From Escherichia coli (GTDB taxonomy: Bacteria; Pseudomonadota; Gammaproteobacteria; Enterobacterales; Enterobacteriaceae), in the NCBI RefSeq assembly GCF_003018115.1, contig NZ_CP027457.1: 64,000 nt of DNA; one strand, written 5' to 3'. Of this stretch, positions 44,923 through 57,502 are shown piece after piece; position 1 is the stretch's first letter, and the number at the start of each line of letters is the position of its first letter. The notes under the pieces are model-generated. The model searched no databases. It saw nothing but the letters and a program-made list of their open reading frames with translations, and had not been told where the DNA came from. The translations under genes were made by a program, and so were the position numbers.

Positions 44923-46002
44923 ATGTCTAAGATTTTTGATTTCGTAAAACCTGGCGTAATCACTGGTGATGACGTACAGAAAGTTTTCCAGGTAGCAAAA
45001 GAAAACAACTTCGCACTGCCAGCAGTAAACTGCGTCGGTACTGACTCCATCAACGCCGTACTGGAAACCGCTGCTAAAGTTAAAGCGCCGGTTATCGTTC
45101 AGTTCTCCAACGGTGGTGCTTCCTTTATCGCTGGTAAAGGCGTGAAATCTGACGTTCCGCAGGGTGCTGCTATCCTGGGCGCGATCTCTGGTGCGCATCA
45201 CGTTCACCAGATGGCTGAACATTATGGTGTTCCGGTTATCCTGCACACTGACCACTGCGCGAAGAAACTGCTGCCGTGGATCGACGGTCTGCTGGACGCG
45301 GGTGAAAAACACTTCGCTGCTACCGGCAAGCCGCTGTTCTCTTCTCACATGATCGACCTGTCTGAAGAATCTCTGCAAGAGAACATCGAAATCTGCTCTA
45401 AATACCTGGAGCGCATGTCCAAAATCGGCATGACTCTGGAAATCGAACTGGGTTGCACCGGTGGTGAAGAAGACGGCGTGGACAACAGCCACATGGACGC
45501 TTCTGCACTGTACACCCAGCCGGAAGACGTTGATTACGCATACACCGAGCTGAGCAAAATCAGCCCGCGTTTCACCATCGCAGCGTCCTTCGGTAACGTA
45601 CACGGTGTTTACAAGCCGGGTAACGTTGTTCTGACTCCGACCATCCTGCGTGATTCTCAGGAATATGTTTCTAAGAAACACAACCTGCCGCACAACAGCC
45701 TGAACTTCGTATTCCACGGTGGTTCCGGTTCTACTGCTCAGGAAATCAAAGACTCCGTAAGCTACGGCGTAGTGAAAATGAACATCGATACCGATACCCA
45801 ATGGGCAACCTGGGAAGGCGTTCTGAACTACTACAAAGCGAACGAAGCTTATCTGCAGGGTCAGCTGGGTAACCCGAAAGGCGAAGATCAGCCGAACAAG
45901 AAATACTACGATCCGCGCGTATGGCTGCGTGCCGGTCAGACTTCGATGATCGCTCGTCTGGAAAAAGCATTCCAGGAACTGAACGCGATCGACGTTCTGT
46001 AA
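44923..46002 (+). CDS. fbaA: Class II fructose-bisphosphate aldolase
   Basis: ORF 44839..46002; start set at MSKIFDFVKPGV (359 aa). Confidence 0.98.
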   Translation: MSKIFDFVKPGVITGDDVQKVFQVAKENNFALPAVNCVGTDSINAVLETAAKVKAPVIVQFSNGGASFIAGKGVKSDVPQGAAILGAISGAHHVHQMAEHYGVPVILHTDHCAKKLLPWIDGLLDAGEKHFAATGKPLFSSHMIDLSEESLQENIEICSKYLERMSKIGMTLEIELGCTGGEEDGVDNSHMDASALYTQPEDVDYAYTELSKISPRFTIAASFGNVHGVYKPGNVVLTPTILRDSQEYVSKKHNLPHNSLNFVFHGGSGSTAQEIKDSVSYGVVKMNIDTDTQWATWEGVLNYYKANEAYLQGQLGNPKGEDQPNKKYYDPRVWLRAGQTSMIARLEKAFQELNAIDVL

Positions 46003-46024
46003 GTCATTCCTTTCTGCTTATCTC

Positions 46025-46049
46025 AAGGCCCGCTCTGCGGGTCTTTTTT
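46025..46049 (+). terminator. fbaA intrinsic terminator
   Basis: cccgc-tct-gcggg hairpin followed by T8. Confidence 0.8.
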
Positions 46050-46056
46050 TTGCCAA

Positions 46057-46154
46057 AAGAAAAATTGCCTGATGCGCTACGCTTATCAGGCCTACACGTA
46101 TCCTGCAATATATTGAATTAGCAGGTTTTTGTAGGCCGGATAAGGCGTTCACGC
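46057..46154. repeat. REP/BIME pair between fbaA and mscS
   Basis: gcctgatgcgctacgcttatcaggcctac ... gtaggccggataaggcgttcacgccgcatccggc. Confidence 0.85.
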
Positions 46155-46194
46155 CGCATCCGGCATGACAAAGCGCACATTGATATCTGTCTGA

Positions 46195-46218
46195 GCCCCG
46201 CTCTGCGGGTCTTTTTTT
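46195..46218 (+). terminator. Second copy of the fbaA terminator hairpin
   Basis: ccccgctctgcgggtcttttttt, near-identical to 46025-46049, on the far side of the BIME. Confidence 0.6.
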
Positions 46219-46360
46219 CGCCAAAAGCAAGGTGATACAGATGAGAAATCTGTGATCTATTTGGCAAAATTATGCTTTATTGTTTACCCTTGTCAGACTG
46301 CCCGTCATAAGGCGGCGGAGTGTATTTCTCCATTTTGAGTCAGTTGAAAAGGAATATTGA

Positions 46361-47221
<861 letters not shown>

Positions 47222-47359
47222 TCAACGCTGAGGCCAGATAATACTCTCTGGCCTCTCTCTTATTATTTTTTCTGATTGCCAATTAATATTATCAATTTCC
47301 GCTAATAACAATCCCGCGATATAGTCTCTGCATCAGATACTTAATTCGGAATACCAAAC

Positions 47360-47995
47360 GTGTTTTCTTATTACTTTCAAGGTCTTGCACTTGGCGCAGC
47401 TATGATCCTACCGCTCGGTCCACAAAATGCTTTTGTGATGAATCAGGGCATTCGTCGTCAGTACCACATTATGATTGCCTTACTTTGCGCTATCAGCGAT
47501 TTGGTCCTGATTTGCGCCGGGATTTTTGGTGGCAGCGCGTTATTGATGCAGTCGCCGTGGTTGCTGGCGCTGGTCACCTGGGGCGGCGTAGCCTTCTTGC
47601 TCTGGTATGGTTTTGGCGCTTTTAAAACAGCGATGAGCAGTAATATTGAGTTAGCCAGTGCCGAAGTCCTGAAGCAAGGCAGATGGAAAATTATCGCCAC
47701 CATGCTGGCAGTGACCTGGCTGAATCCGCATGTTTACCTGGATACTTTTGTTGTACTGGGCAGCCTTGGCGGGCAGCTTGACGTTGAACCAAAACGTTGG
47801 TTTGCGCTCGGGACAATTAGCGCCTCTTTCCTGTGGTTCTTTGGTCTGGCTATTCTCGCAGCCTGGCTGGCACCGCGCCTGCGCACGGCAAAATCACAGC
47901 GCATTATCAATCTGGTAGTGGGATGTGTCATGTGGTTTATAGCCTTGCAGCTGGCGAGAGACGGTATTGCTCATGCACAAGCCTTGTTCAGTTAG
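47360..47995 (+). CDS. argO: Arginine exporter ArgO (LysE family)
   Basis: 211 aa, apparent GTG start. Confidence 0.92.
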
Positions 47996-48087
47996 GCGCT
48001 ATCTGATGGAAAAATAAAACAGAGGCGCTAAGCTTGCCTCCAGAGGTCCTGAATTTTGGGCAAGTCAATTAACACGGAGAGACTAAC

Positions 48088-48828
48088 GTGAAGTTCAAAG
48101 TTATCGCCCTGGCGGCATTAATGGGTATTAGCGGGATGGCAGCGCAGGCTAACGAATTGCCGGATGGACCGCATATTGTCACCTCCGGTACGGCAAGTGT
48201 GGATGCGGTGCCAGACATTGCCACTCTTGCGATTGAAGTTAACGTGGCCGCGAAGGATGCCGCTACAGCCAAGAAACAGGCAGATGAGCGCGTCGCACAA
48301 TACATTTCCTTCCTTGAACTCAATCAGATCGCGAAAAAAGATATCAGCTCAGCGAATTTACGCACCCAGCCAGATTATGATTATCAGGATGGTAAAAGTA
48401 TCCTTAAAGGCTACCGCGCTGTGAGAACGGTGGAAGTCACGCTCCGTCAGTTAGACAAACTGAATTCCTTGCTGGATGGCGCGCTGAAGGCGGGTCTTAA
48501 CGAAATTCGTTCTGTGTCGCTGGGCGTGGCGCAGCCGGATGCCTATAAAGACAAAGCGCGTAAGGCAGCGATTGATAACGCGATTCATCAGGCGCAGGAA
48601 CTGGCGAACGGCTTTCATCGTAAACTGGGGCCGGTATATAGCGTGCGCTACCATGTTTCCAACTATCAGCCCAGCCCAATGGTGCGGATGATGAAAGCCG
48701 ATGCCGCGCCGGTGTCCGCCCAGGAAACTTACGAGCAGGCCGCTATTCAGTTTGATGATCAGGTCGATGTGGTCTTCCAGTTAGAACCTGTGGATCAACA
48801 ACCCGCTAAAACACCTGCAGCACAATAA
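48088..48828 (+). CDS. yggE: DUF541/SIMPL periplasmic protein YggE
   Basis: 246 aa, signal peptide. Confidence 0.92.
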   Translation: MKFKVIALAALMGISGMAAQANELPDGPHIVTSGTASVDAVPDIATLAIEVNVAAKDAATAKKQADERVAQYISFLELNQIAKKDISSANLRTQPDYDYQDGKSILKGYRAVRTVEVTLRQLDKLNSLLDGALKAGLNEIRSVSLGVAQPDAYKDKARKAAIDNAIHQAQELANGFHRKLGPVYSVRYHVSNYQPSPMVRMMKADAAPVSAQETYEQAAIQFDDQVDVVFQLEPVDQQPAKTPAAQ

Positions 48829-48994
48829 TACTTGTAGCCCGACGTATTCGTCGGGCTAATGCCTTTACCCGATATTGCCTCCTTTTTCTGTAATTTTCTG
48901 TAAAACCATGACGTAATCACCTATCTTTGCTCGCGGTTTCATCAAGGATAGGCTGACTGAAACGGTTAAGCGGACAAGGATGCGGGGGAGGGGG

Positions 48995-49891
48995 ATGGAC
49001 ATTTTTATTTCGAAAAAGATGCGCAATTTCATTTTATTAGCGCAAACCAATAATATTGCCCGGGCGGCAGAAAAAATCCATATGACGGCTTCGCCATTTG
49101 GTAAAAGCATTGCCGCGCTGGAAGAACAAATTGGCTATACGCTATTTACCCGCAAAGATAATAATATCAGCCTCAATAAAGCCGGACAGGAACTGTATCA
49201 AAAACTGTTCCCGGTTTATCAACGGCTTTCTGCGATTGATAATGAAATCCATAACTCAGGGCGTCGTTCACGAGAAATTGTGATTGGCATAGATAATACT
49301 TATCCGACAATTATTTTCGATCAGTTGATTAGTCTCGGAGATAAGTATGAAGGCGTGACCGCCCAGCCAGTTGAGTTCAGCGAAAACGGCGTTATCGATA
49401 ATCTTTTTGACCGCCAGTTAGATTTTATTATCTCCCCACAGCATGTATCTGCACGAGTTCAGGAACTGGAAAACCTGACTATCAGTGAACTACCACCGCT
49501 GCGATTAGGCTTTCTCGTTTCTCGCCGTTATGAAGAGCGTCAAGAGCAAGAGCTGCTTCAGGAGCTGCCCTGGCTACAAATGCGCTTTCAGAACCGGGCC
49601 AACTTCGAAGCAATGATTGATGCGAATATGCGACCTTGTGGGATCAATCCAACCATTATTTATCGTCCCTACAGTTTTATGGCCAAAATCAGCGCCGTGG
49701 AGCGCGGACATTTTCTGACGGTGATCCCGCATTTTGCCTGGCGACTGGTGAATCCGGCAACGCTGAAATATTTTGATGCGCCGCACAGGCCGATGTATAT
49801 GCAGGAATATCTTTATTCAATCAGAAATCATCGTTATACCGCCACGATGCTTCAGCATATTGCTGAAGATCGTGACGGGACGAGTCATTAA
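48995..49891 (+). CDS. ygfI: LysR-type transcriptional regulator YgfI
   Basis: ORF 48980..49891; start set at MDIFISKKMRNF (298 aa); N-terminal wHTH; 3' end overlaps scpC 3' end by 4 bp. Confidence 0.86.
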   Translation: MDIFISKKMRNFILLAQTNNIARAAEKIHMTASPFGKSIAALEEQIGYTLFTRKDNNISLNKAGQELYQKLFPVYQRLSAIDNEIHNSGRRSREIVIGIDNTYPTIIFDQLISLGDKYEGVTAQPVEFSENGVIDNLFDRQLDFIISPQHVSARVQELENLTISELPPLRLGFLVSRRYEERQEQELLQELPWLQMRFQNRANFEAMIDANMRPCGINPTIIYRPYSFMAKISAVERGHFLTVIPHFAWRLVNPATLKYFDAPHRPMYMQEYLYSIRNHRYTATMLQHIAEDRDGTSH

Positions 49892-51366
49892 CCCAGCATC
49901 GAGCCGGTTGCTATTAAATTACGGTGTAAGTCGAAGACGTGGCTAAGATCGTGGTGAATATGTCCGCCAGGCGCATTTTCCAGATAGCGATGCAGATAAT
50001 CCCGATACATAGGATGTGCACAATTATCAATGATAGTGCGGGCGCGTTGAAGCGGGGAAAGACCGCGCAGATCGGCGATCCCTTGTTCAGTGATGATCAC
50101 TTTGACGCTGTGTTCGCTGTGATCAACATGGCTGCACATTGGCACGACGGTTGAGATCTTGCCTTCTTTAGCAATCGACGGGGCCATAAAGATCGACAGA
50201 TACGCGTTGCGTTCAAAATCACCGCTGCCGCCGATGCCGTTCATCAGATCGACCCCGGCTACGTGCGTTGAGTTGGCATGCCCGTAAATATCAAACTCCA
50301 GGCCGACGTTCAGAGCGATGACGCCCAGACGACGGATGATTTCCGGGTTATTGGAAATCTCCTGCGGACGCAACACAATGCGGCTGGCAAAGTAATCCAT
50401 ATTGTCGTAAATCTTGCGCAGGGAATCGGCCGAGATTGTCAGGCTGGAGGCGCTGGCCCCGCTGATTTTGCCGGTTTCCAGTAAATGCACCACCGATTCC
50501 TGTAGCACTTCCGAATACATCATAAACGGAGGAATTTCCGGGTTTTCCCCCAGACGCGCCATTACCGCATTATTGATATTGCCCACGCCACTTTGCAGCG
50601 GCAGAAATTCCGGCGGAATACGCCCATGCGCCATTTCCTGCAACAAGAACGTGACCACGTTATCGGCAATCTGCTGGCACATGGGATTTTGCTTATCCAG
50701 CATATTACCGGCGTCGGGCAAGTTGGTTTCCACGACGGCGACAATCTTTTTCGGATCGATTTGCACATAGCGGGTACCGACGCGATCCATTGCATGGAAG
50801 ATCGACACGCTATTGCGCCGCGGTGGCGCGCCAGGAATCACAATATCTGCCAGTTCTGCAACGCGCGGATCGTGATAGTGATTAAGTTCAATGATCACTT
50901 TCTTCGCTCGCAGCAGCCAGGTCGGCGCATTACCGATCCCGCTGGTTAACCAGACTCGACCATCTGGTGCCAGTGCCGATGCTTCAATGACGGCAACATC
51001 AATGTCGCCGAAGAAACCGTAATTGACCATTTGCGCCACTTCGCTCAAATGCAGGTCAACGAAACTCACCGCGCCCTGATTGATCTTTTTACGTAAACCG
51101 GACGATGTTTGATATGGCGCACGCCAGGAAACAGCATCGGCGTCAGAAAGTACATCGTCAGCGGCGGCGCTGATTGACGCCCCCGTCAGCAGGCGAATTT
51201 GATACGGCTTTTTGGCCTCATGCTGTTCGTTAGCTCTGCGGGCAATCGCGGTGGGTAGGGCTTTCGGCGAACCCGCTGGGGTAAAACCGCTAAATGCCAC
51301 CATGTCGTTATGCTGGATAATTTCTGCCGCTTCATCGGCGGTCATCCTTGTCCACTGAGTTTCCAT
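49888..51366 (-). CDS. scpC: Propionyl-CoA:succinate CoA-transferase
   Basis: 492 aa, full-length match. Confidence 0.94.
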   Translation of the reverse strand: METQWTRMTADEAAEIIQHNDMVAFSGFTPAGSPKALPTAIARRANEQHEAKKPYQIRLLTGASISAAADDVLSDADAVSWRAPYQTSSGLRKKINQGAVSFVDLHLSEVAQMVNYGFFGDIDVAVIEASALAPDGRVWLTSGIGNAPTWLLRAKKVIIELNHYHDPRVAELADIVIPGAPPRRNSVSIFHAMDRVGTRYVQIDPKKIVAVVETNLPDAGNMLDKQNPMCQQIADNVVTFLLQEMAHGRIPPEFLPLQSGVGNINNAVMARLGENPEIPPFMMYSEVLQESVVHLLETGKISGASASSLTISADSLRKIYDNMDYFASRIVLRPQEISNNPEIIRRLGVIALNVGLEFDIYGHANSTHVAGVDLMNGIGGSGDFERNAYLSIFMAPSIAKEGKISTVVPMCSHVDHSEHSVKVIITEQGIADLRGLSPLQRARTIIDNCAHPMYRDYLHRYLENAPGGHIHHDLSHVFDLHRNLIATGSMLG

Positions 51367-51389
51367 TTTTACTCCTTCGTTCGCAGGGA

Positions 51390-52175
51390 TTAATGACCAA
51401 CGAAATTAGGTTTACGTTTTTCGAGGAAAGCGTTCATCCCTTCCTGGTAATCTTCGCTGTCATAAACCGCGCGGCGCATCCCCTGAATACGTTCAAATTC
51501 ATCGGAGTTCATGGTGTGTGCTTCGCCCAGTACACGCAGCTCTTCTTTGATAACGGCAATGGCTAACGGCGCTTTCTCAGAGATGTGGTGCGCCATTTGT
51601 AAGGTGAAATCTTCCAGTTCTTCCACTTCCACAACATGGTTGAGGATGCCGACAGCCAGCGCGCGCTGGGCGGTGATTGGCGAAGCGGTAAAAATCAGCT
51701 CTTTGACAATGTGGAAGCCCGCGTCGCGGGTCAGGTTGTGAATGCCGACCAGGTTATACGGGACGCCGAGGTTTACAGGCGTCATTGAGAAGGTTGAGGT
51801 ACTGGCGGCGATGATCAGATCGGAACTCATGATCATTTCAAATGCGCCACCCCAAACACTACCTTCCACCATCGAAATGATCGGTTTCGGGAATTTTTGG
51901 ATCATGCGGGTGATTTGACGCAACGGATCATCATAGGAGAGCGGATCGCGACCGCCAGACGGCAGTTCGTGAATATCGTGACCTGCGGAGAAGACTTTGG
52001 ATCCACTCGGCGCGCGCAAAATGATACAGCGAATTTCCGGCCGGTTGAGATCGCTTAACGCCTGCATAAGATCATCAATAAAGACTTTACTTAAGGCATT
52101 AAGTTTTCGGCCATAGTTAAACTCAATGACCGCCACTTTGTTGATAGTGGCAACGTTCACATACTGATAAGACAT
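51390..52175 (-). CDS. scpB: Methylmalonyl-CoA decarboxylase (crotonase fold)
   Basis: ORF 51390..52217; start set at MSYQYVNVATINKVAVIEF (261 aa). Confidence 0.92.
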   Translation of the reverse strand: MSYQYVNVATINKVAVIEFNYGRKLNALSKVFIDDLMQALSDLNRPEIRCIILRAPSGSKVFSAGHDIHELPSGGRDPLSYDDPLRQITRMIQKFPKPIISMVEGSVWGGAFEMIMSSDLIIAASTSTFSMTPVNLGVPYNLVGIHNLTRDAGFHIVKELIFTASPITAQRALAVGILNHVVEVEELEDFTLQMAHHISEKAPLAIAVIKEELRVLGEAHTMNSDEFERIQGMRRAVYDSEDYQEGMNAFLEKRKPNFVGH

Positions 52176-52185
52176 AAAAATTCCT

Positions 52186-53181
52186 TTAATCAAAATATTG
52201 CGTCTGGATAAATTCACTGAGCTGCCGCAGGCCGGTGCGCGGTGAGAGCGTATTGTTTTTGACCGCTAAAAGCGTCTGGCGGTAATAGCGATCGAAATCT
52301 TCATTCGCGAACAGGTGATTCAGTACTTCTTCTTCGGTCTGCTTACGCAGCCATTCCACCGATTGTTGTTGCCGCACTTGTTGTAAACGACCACTGGCAG
52401 TTAGCGCGGTTTTGAAGTCGATGATGGCGTGCCAGATCTCATCGATTCCACGTTTTTCCAGTGCGCTACAAGTCAGAACCCGTGGCTGCCATTCGTCGTA
52501 TTTACGTCGCAGAATATGCAGGGCACTCTCGTACATATGCCGGGCAATGGCGACATTGGTATGGTTATCGCCATCGTCTTTGTTGATAACGATCAGATCA
52601 GCCACTTCCATCAGCCCTTTTTTAATGCCCTGCAGATCATCGCCGCCACCGGCAATTTGCAACGAGATAAAACAGTCCACCATGCGGGCGACTTCCGTTT
52701 CCGACTGCCCGACGCCAACCGTTTCGACAATCACTACGTCATAACCCGCCGCTTCGCATAACAGCATTAATTCCCGCGCTCGCTGACTGGCACCGCCCAG
52801 ATGACCGGAGGATGGTACCGGGCGAATAAACGCCGTCTCGGCACGCGCCAGGTCATTCATGCGGGTTTTATCCCCGAGAATGCTACCGCCAGTGACCGGA
52901 CTGCTGGGATCGACCGCAATAACCGCAACCTTTAATCCATCACGAATCAACAACATGCCAAAGGCTTCAAGAAAGGTACTTTTCCCCGCGCCGGGTGTGC
53001 CGGTAACGCCCAGTCGCAGGGCGTTACCGCAGTACGGCATAATGGCATCAAGCAGTTGCGTACTTAGCGCCTGATGACGCGGGTGACGGCTTTCCACCAG
53101 CGTCATGGCCTGGGCGAGTGTGGCACGCTCACCCTGACGTAAGCGGCGAATACTTTCTGCCAGCGTGGCTTCATTAATCAT
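52186..53181 (-). CDS. argK: MeaB-like GTPase / methylmalonyl-CoA mutase accessory protein ArgK
   Basis: 331 aa, P-loop GTPGAGKST. Confidence 0.94.
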   Translation of the reverse strand: MINEATLAESIRRLRQGERATLAQAMTLVESRHPRHQALSTQLLDAIMPYCGNALRLGVTGTPGAGKSTFLEAFGMLLIRDGLKVAVIAVDPSSPVTGGSILGDKTRMNDLARAETAFIRPVPSSGHLGGASQRARELMLLCEAAGYDVVIVETVGVGQSETEVARMVDCFISLQIAGGGDDLQGIKKGLMEVADLIVINKDDGDNHTNVAIARHMYESALHILRRKYDEWQPRVLTCSALEKRGIDEIWHAIIDFKTALTASGRLQQVRQQQSVEWLRKQTEEEVLNHLFANEDFDRYYRQTLLAVKNNTLSPRTGLRQLSEFIQTQYFD

Positions 53182-55318
53182 GATGCTGGCTTATCAGATT
53201 CAGTACGTCGCGCACACTGTCGAGCATAGGTGTACCTGGACCATAAATCGCCGCCACGCCGCGCTCTTGCAGGAAGGCGTAATCCTGCGGTGGAATGACG
53301 CCACCGGCGACTACGCAGATATCTTCGCGTCCCCATTTTTTCAGCGCTTCGACCAGTTCCGGGATCAGCGTTTTATGACCGGCAGCCAGTGAGGATGCGC
53401 CCACTACGTGAACGTCATTTTCTACTGCCAGGCGGGCGATCTCTTCAGGTGTAGAGAACATCGGGCTTAAATCTACGTCGAAACCGAGATCGGAATAGGC
53501 GCTGGCGATCACTTTCGCGCCGCGATCGTGCCCATCCTGGCCCATTTTGGCGATCAGAATGCGCGGGCGACGACCATTGTCGGCAAGGAACTGCTCCGTT
53601 TGCGCAACAATGGCATCGAACTCCGAGGCCGATTTCTCAGATTGATGATAGCTTTGCGCAATCACGCCGGTAACACACTGGCTTGGCACCAGATAACGGT
53701 CGAAAGCGGCTTCCAGCGCATCGGAAATTTCACCCAGGGTGGCGCGAACGCGAGCGGCATTAACAGCGGCAGCCAGCAGGTTTTCGTTATGCTGTGCGGC
53801 GTGAGTCAGGGCGTTCAACGCGGCGGTTACGGCGGCATCATCACGGGTGGCGCGAATGCGTTCCAGCGAAGCAATTTGCTCGTTACGCACCATCACGTTG
53901 TCGATCTCAAGTACATCGGTTTCGTCTTCGTGATCCAGTTTGTACTTGTTGACACCAACGATGACACGCTTGCCCTGGTCGATCAGCGACTGTTCGCGCG
54001 CTGAGGCCTCTTCGATCATTCGTTTTGGCAGACCTGCTTCGATCGCTTTCGCCATGCCACCGGCTTCGTCGATCTGTTGGATAATAGCTCTGGCTTGTTT
54101 GACGATTTGATCGGTCAGCGACTCAATGTAATAGGATCCGGCCAGTGGATCGACGGTGCGGCAGAGTTCTGATTCTTCCTGGATGATGATCTGGGTGTTG
54201 CGGGCAATGCGTGCGGAGAAATCGGTAGGCAAACCAAGCGCTTCGTCAAAGGCGTTGGTATGCAGTGACTGAGTACCGCCCAGCGTCGCAGCCAGTGCTT
54301 CAATGGTGGTGCGGATAACGTTGTTATACGGATCCTGTTCAGTCAGGCTCCAGCCTGAGGTCTGGCAGTGGGTACGCAGCGCCAGTGATTTCGGGTCCTG
54401 TGCGCCAAATCCACTGACCGCTTCGCTCCATAAATAACGTGCCGCACGCAACATGGCGACGTTCATAAACAGATCCATGCCGATGCCGAAGAAGAACGAC
54501 AGGCGAGGAGCGAAGTCATCAATTTTCAGTCCGGCAGAGATTGCTGCTTTGATGTACTCAATCCCATCAGCGAGCGTAAATGCTACCTGCTGCACGCAGT
54601 TGGCACCCGCTTCACCCATGTGGTAACCGCTGATACTGATGGTATTAAATCGCGGCATGTTGCCGGAACACCAGGCGATGATGTCGGCGATAATGCGCAT
54701 TGACGGTTTTGGCGGGTAAATATAGGTGTTGCGGCAGAGGTACTCTTTGAGGATATCGTTCTGAATGGTGCCGGTCAGTTTATCAGGTGTAACACCTTGC
54801 TCTTCCGCGGCGACGATATAAAACGCCAGTACTGGTAGCACTGCGCCATTCATGGTCATCGAAACCGACATTTTATCCAGCGGGATCTGGTCGAACAGGA
54901 CTTTCATATCTTCCACGGTGTCGATAGCGACGCCCGCTTTGCCGACGTCGCCCGCCACGCGCGGGTTATCGGAGTCGTAGCCTCGGTGGGTGGCAAGGTC
55001 AAACGCAACGGAAAGACCTTTTTGCCCGGCGGCCAGGTTACGGCGATAAAAAGCGTTGGACTCTTTTGCTGTTGAAAAACCAGCATACTGACGGATGGTC
55101 CACGGTTGGGCGGTATACATAGTGGCACGCGGGCCACGAACGTAGGGCGGCAAACCAGGAAGGGTACCTGTCACCTCCAGATTATCGAGATCGGCTTCGG
55201 TATACAGCGGCTTGATGGCGATCCCTTCCGCGGTTTGCTGAACCAGCGAGTCGACAGTTTTCTCCCGACGGCTCAATTCCTTGTTGGCAAGCTGTTGCCA
55301 CTCCTGCACGTTAGACAT
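53174..55318 (-). CDS. scpA: Methylmalonyl-CoA mutase (B12-dependent) ScpA/Sbm
   Basis: ORF 53174..55339; start set at [14 protein letters not shown] (714 aa). Confidence 0.95.
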   Translation of the reverse strand: MSNVQEWQQLANKELSRREKTVDSLVQQTAEGIAIKPLYTEADLDNLEVTGTLPGLPPYVRGPRATMYTAQPWTIRQYAGFSTAKESNAFYRRNLAAGQKGLSVAFDLATHRGYDSDNPRVAGDVGKAGVAIDTVEDMKVLFDQIPLDKMSVSMTMNGAVLPVLAFYIVAAEEQGVTPDKLTGTIQNDILKEYLCRNTYIYPPKPSMRIIADIIAWCSGNMPRFNTISISGYHMGEAGANCVQQVAFTLADGIEYIKAAISAGLKIDDFAPRLSFFFGIGMDLFMNVAMLRAARYLWSEAVSGFGAQDPKSLALRTHCQTSGWSLTEQDPYNNVIRTTIEALAATLGGTQSLHTNAFDEALGLPTDFSARIARNTQIIIQEESELCRTVDPLAGSYYIESLTDQIVKQARAIIQQIDEAGGMAKAIEAGLPKRMIEEASAREQSLIDQGKRVIVGVNKYKLDHEDETDVLEIDNVMVRNEQIASLERIRATRDDAAVTAALNALTHAAQHNENLLAAAVNAARVRATLGEISDALEAAFDRYLVPSQCVTGVIAQSYHQSEKSASEFDAIVAQTEQFLADNGRRPRILIAKMGQDGHDRGAKVIASAYSDLGFDVDLSPMFSTPEEIARLAVENDVHVVGASSLAAGHKTLIPELVEALKKWGREDICVVAGGVIPPQDYAFLQERGVAAIYGPGTPMLDSVRDVLNLISQHHD

Positions 55319-55521
55319 TATTTGCTCCGTAAAACGCAATCAAAATGAGGGTATTTGCGCCTACGGTGAGCTTTTTACGTGGGTTTGTCGCCAGCAAAAA
55401 AAATGCATTCAGACGTCGTTTTTTGCCGCCTGAGATTTGTCTATTTTGTGATGTGATTCAAGGAATACAAAAAGAAGTGAGGACAACGCCTGATATGTGC
55501 TATCAGGCATTATTTGATGGA

Positions 55522-56415
55522 TTAATCCTGACGAAGGACTTTGTGACCATAATCGAGTAACGCATCAGTGACTTTACGCATCATGCGGCTTTCAGGAGCA
55601 AAGCGGTGCCAGTAGAGCATCCGTCGTTGAAATAGCCCAGGCGTTAAGTCAATCAGTTCACCGCTGGCCAGCTCTTTCTCGATTTGCAGGTGCGGGATCA
55701 TACAGCAGGTGGTGCCCTGGCGAGCAAGTTGTACGAACGCTTCTGAAGAATTAACGATATGGCAGGGCACGCTGCCTGGAGGCAGATCGAAGTTTTGCTG
55801 CAAAAAGGCCTGGTGCATATCGTCAAGATGGTCAAACGCGACCACTGGCGCTTTCAGTAATGCCGAACGCGTTACGCCGTTAGGGAAATATTTTTCGGCA
55901 AAGGGTTTTGAGCTGACGAACAGATAGTCGAGCGCACCAAGTTTATCGACAAGACAACTCGGCAGCGCCTGATGTTGAATACTCACCGCGCCGACCACTT
56001 CGCCGCGGCGCAGACGTTCCTGAGTGCGGGTTTCATCTTCTACCTGCAAGTTGAGGCGGATAGGCGAATCAGCCAACACAGGAGCCAGTGCAGGAAGCAA
56101 CCACGTCGCCAGACTGTCGGCGTTGACCGCCAGTGAAAGCAGCAGCGGAGTCGAACCGGTTTGTTCATCGCCCAGCCACTCTTCTTCCAGCAACTCCACC
56201 TGGCGCAGCAGTGCCAGCAGTTTTTGACCTTGTTCCGTTGGGCGCGGCGGTACGGTACGCACTAACAGCGGCTGCCCGAACATATTTTCCAGTTGCTTAA
56301 TGCGCTGTGAGACGGCTGATTGTGTAATGCACAGCTTTTGTGCCGCGCGCTCAAATCCTCGTTCACGTATCACCGCATCCAGTGCCTGTAATGTTCTGTA
56401 GTCCGGGCGTTTCAT
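55522..56415 (-). CDS. argP: LysR-type regulator ArgP (IciA)
   Basis: ORF 55522..56481; start set at [15 protein letters not shown] (297 aa). Confidence 0.94.
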
Positions 56416-56556
56416 TGCTGTTGTCTGCTCCTGGTAAATGCTTTTTCCTGCACTATGACACAATTTTGTGTCAGGTTGCATATACCGAAGCCGTCGGCGG
56501 GTAACATTTGTATTCGTGGTTAAACGCGCAGCTTAAAAGATCAGGGATTTGCGCTA

Positions 56557-56787
56557 ATGCATTTCGCTCAGCGAGTTCGCGCCCTGGTTGTGTTGAATGG
56601 CGTGGCGTTATTGCCTCAATTTGCCTGTAAACAGGGGCTTGCGAACGGTGAACTGGTGCGCCTGTTTGCACCGTGGAGCGGCATACCCAGATTGTTGCAT
56701 GCCTTATTTGCGGGGCGAAAGGGGATGCCTGCCATTGCGCGATATTTTATGGATGAGTTAACCACGCGGCTTGCCAACGGGGTCTGA
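56557..56787 (+). pseudogene. yqfE: Remnant encoding only the C-terminal end of a LysR-family regulator (yqfE-like pseudogene)
   Basis: 76-aa ORF resembling the C-terminal effector-domain end of LysR proteins (LVRLFAPW...); no N-terminal HTH anywhere upstream. Confidence 0.5.
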
Positions 56788-56842
56788 ATCGCTTTTTTTG
56801 TATATAATGCGTGTGAAATTTCATACCACAGGCGAAACGATC

Positions 56843-57502
56843 ATGACGCAGGATGAATTGAAAAAAGCAGTAGGATGGGCGGCACTTCAGTATGTTCAGC
56901 CCGGCACCATTGTTGGTGTAGGTACAGGTTCCACCGCCGCACACTTTATTGACGCGCTCGGTACAATGAAAGGCCAGATTGAAGGGGCCGTTTCCAGTTC
57001 AGATGCTTCCACTGAAAAACTGAAAAGCCTCGGCATTCACGTTTTTGATCTCAACGAAGTCGACAGCCTTGGCATCTACGTTGATGGCGCAGATGAAATC
57101 AACGGCCACATGCAAATGATCAAAGGCGGCGGCGCGGCGCTGACCCGTGAAAAAATCATTGCTTCGGTTGCGGAAAAATTTATCTGCATTGCAGACGCTT
57201 CCAAGCAGGTTGATATTCTGGGTAAATTCCCGCTGCCAGTAGAAGTTATCCCGATGGCACGTAGTGCAGTGGCGCGCCAACTGGTGAAACTGGGCGGTCG
57301 TCCGGAATACCGTCAGGGCGTGGTGACCGATAATGGCAACGTGATCCTCGACGTCCACGGCATGGAAATCCTTGACCCGATAGCGATGGAAAACGCCATA
57401 AATGCGATTCCTGGCGTGGTGACTGTTGGCTTGTTTGCTAACCGTGGCGCGGACGTTGCGCTGATTGGCACACCTGACGGTGTCAAAACCATTGTGAAAT
57501 GA
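56843..57502 (+). CDS. rpiA: Ribose-5-phosphate isomerase A
   Basis: ORF 56771..57502; start set at [12 protein letters not shown] (219 aa). Confidence 0.96.

Noticed and set aside
44827-45801. 324-aa minus-strand ORF
   Set aside because: Antisense within fbaA; the same applies to the 232-aa ORF antisense to pgk (43527-44225) and the 234-aa ORF antisense to pepP (62114-62818).
46018-46230. 70-aa minus-strand ORF
   Set aside because: Falls entirely within the REP/BIME and duplicated terminator hairpins; the reading frame is a by-product of the palindromes.
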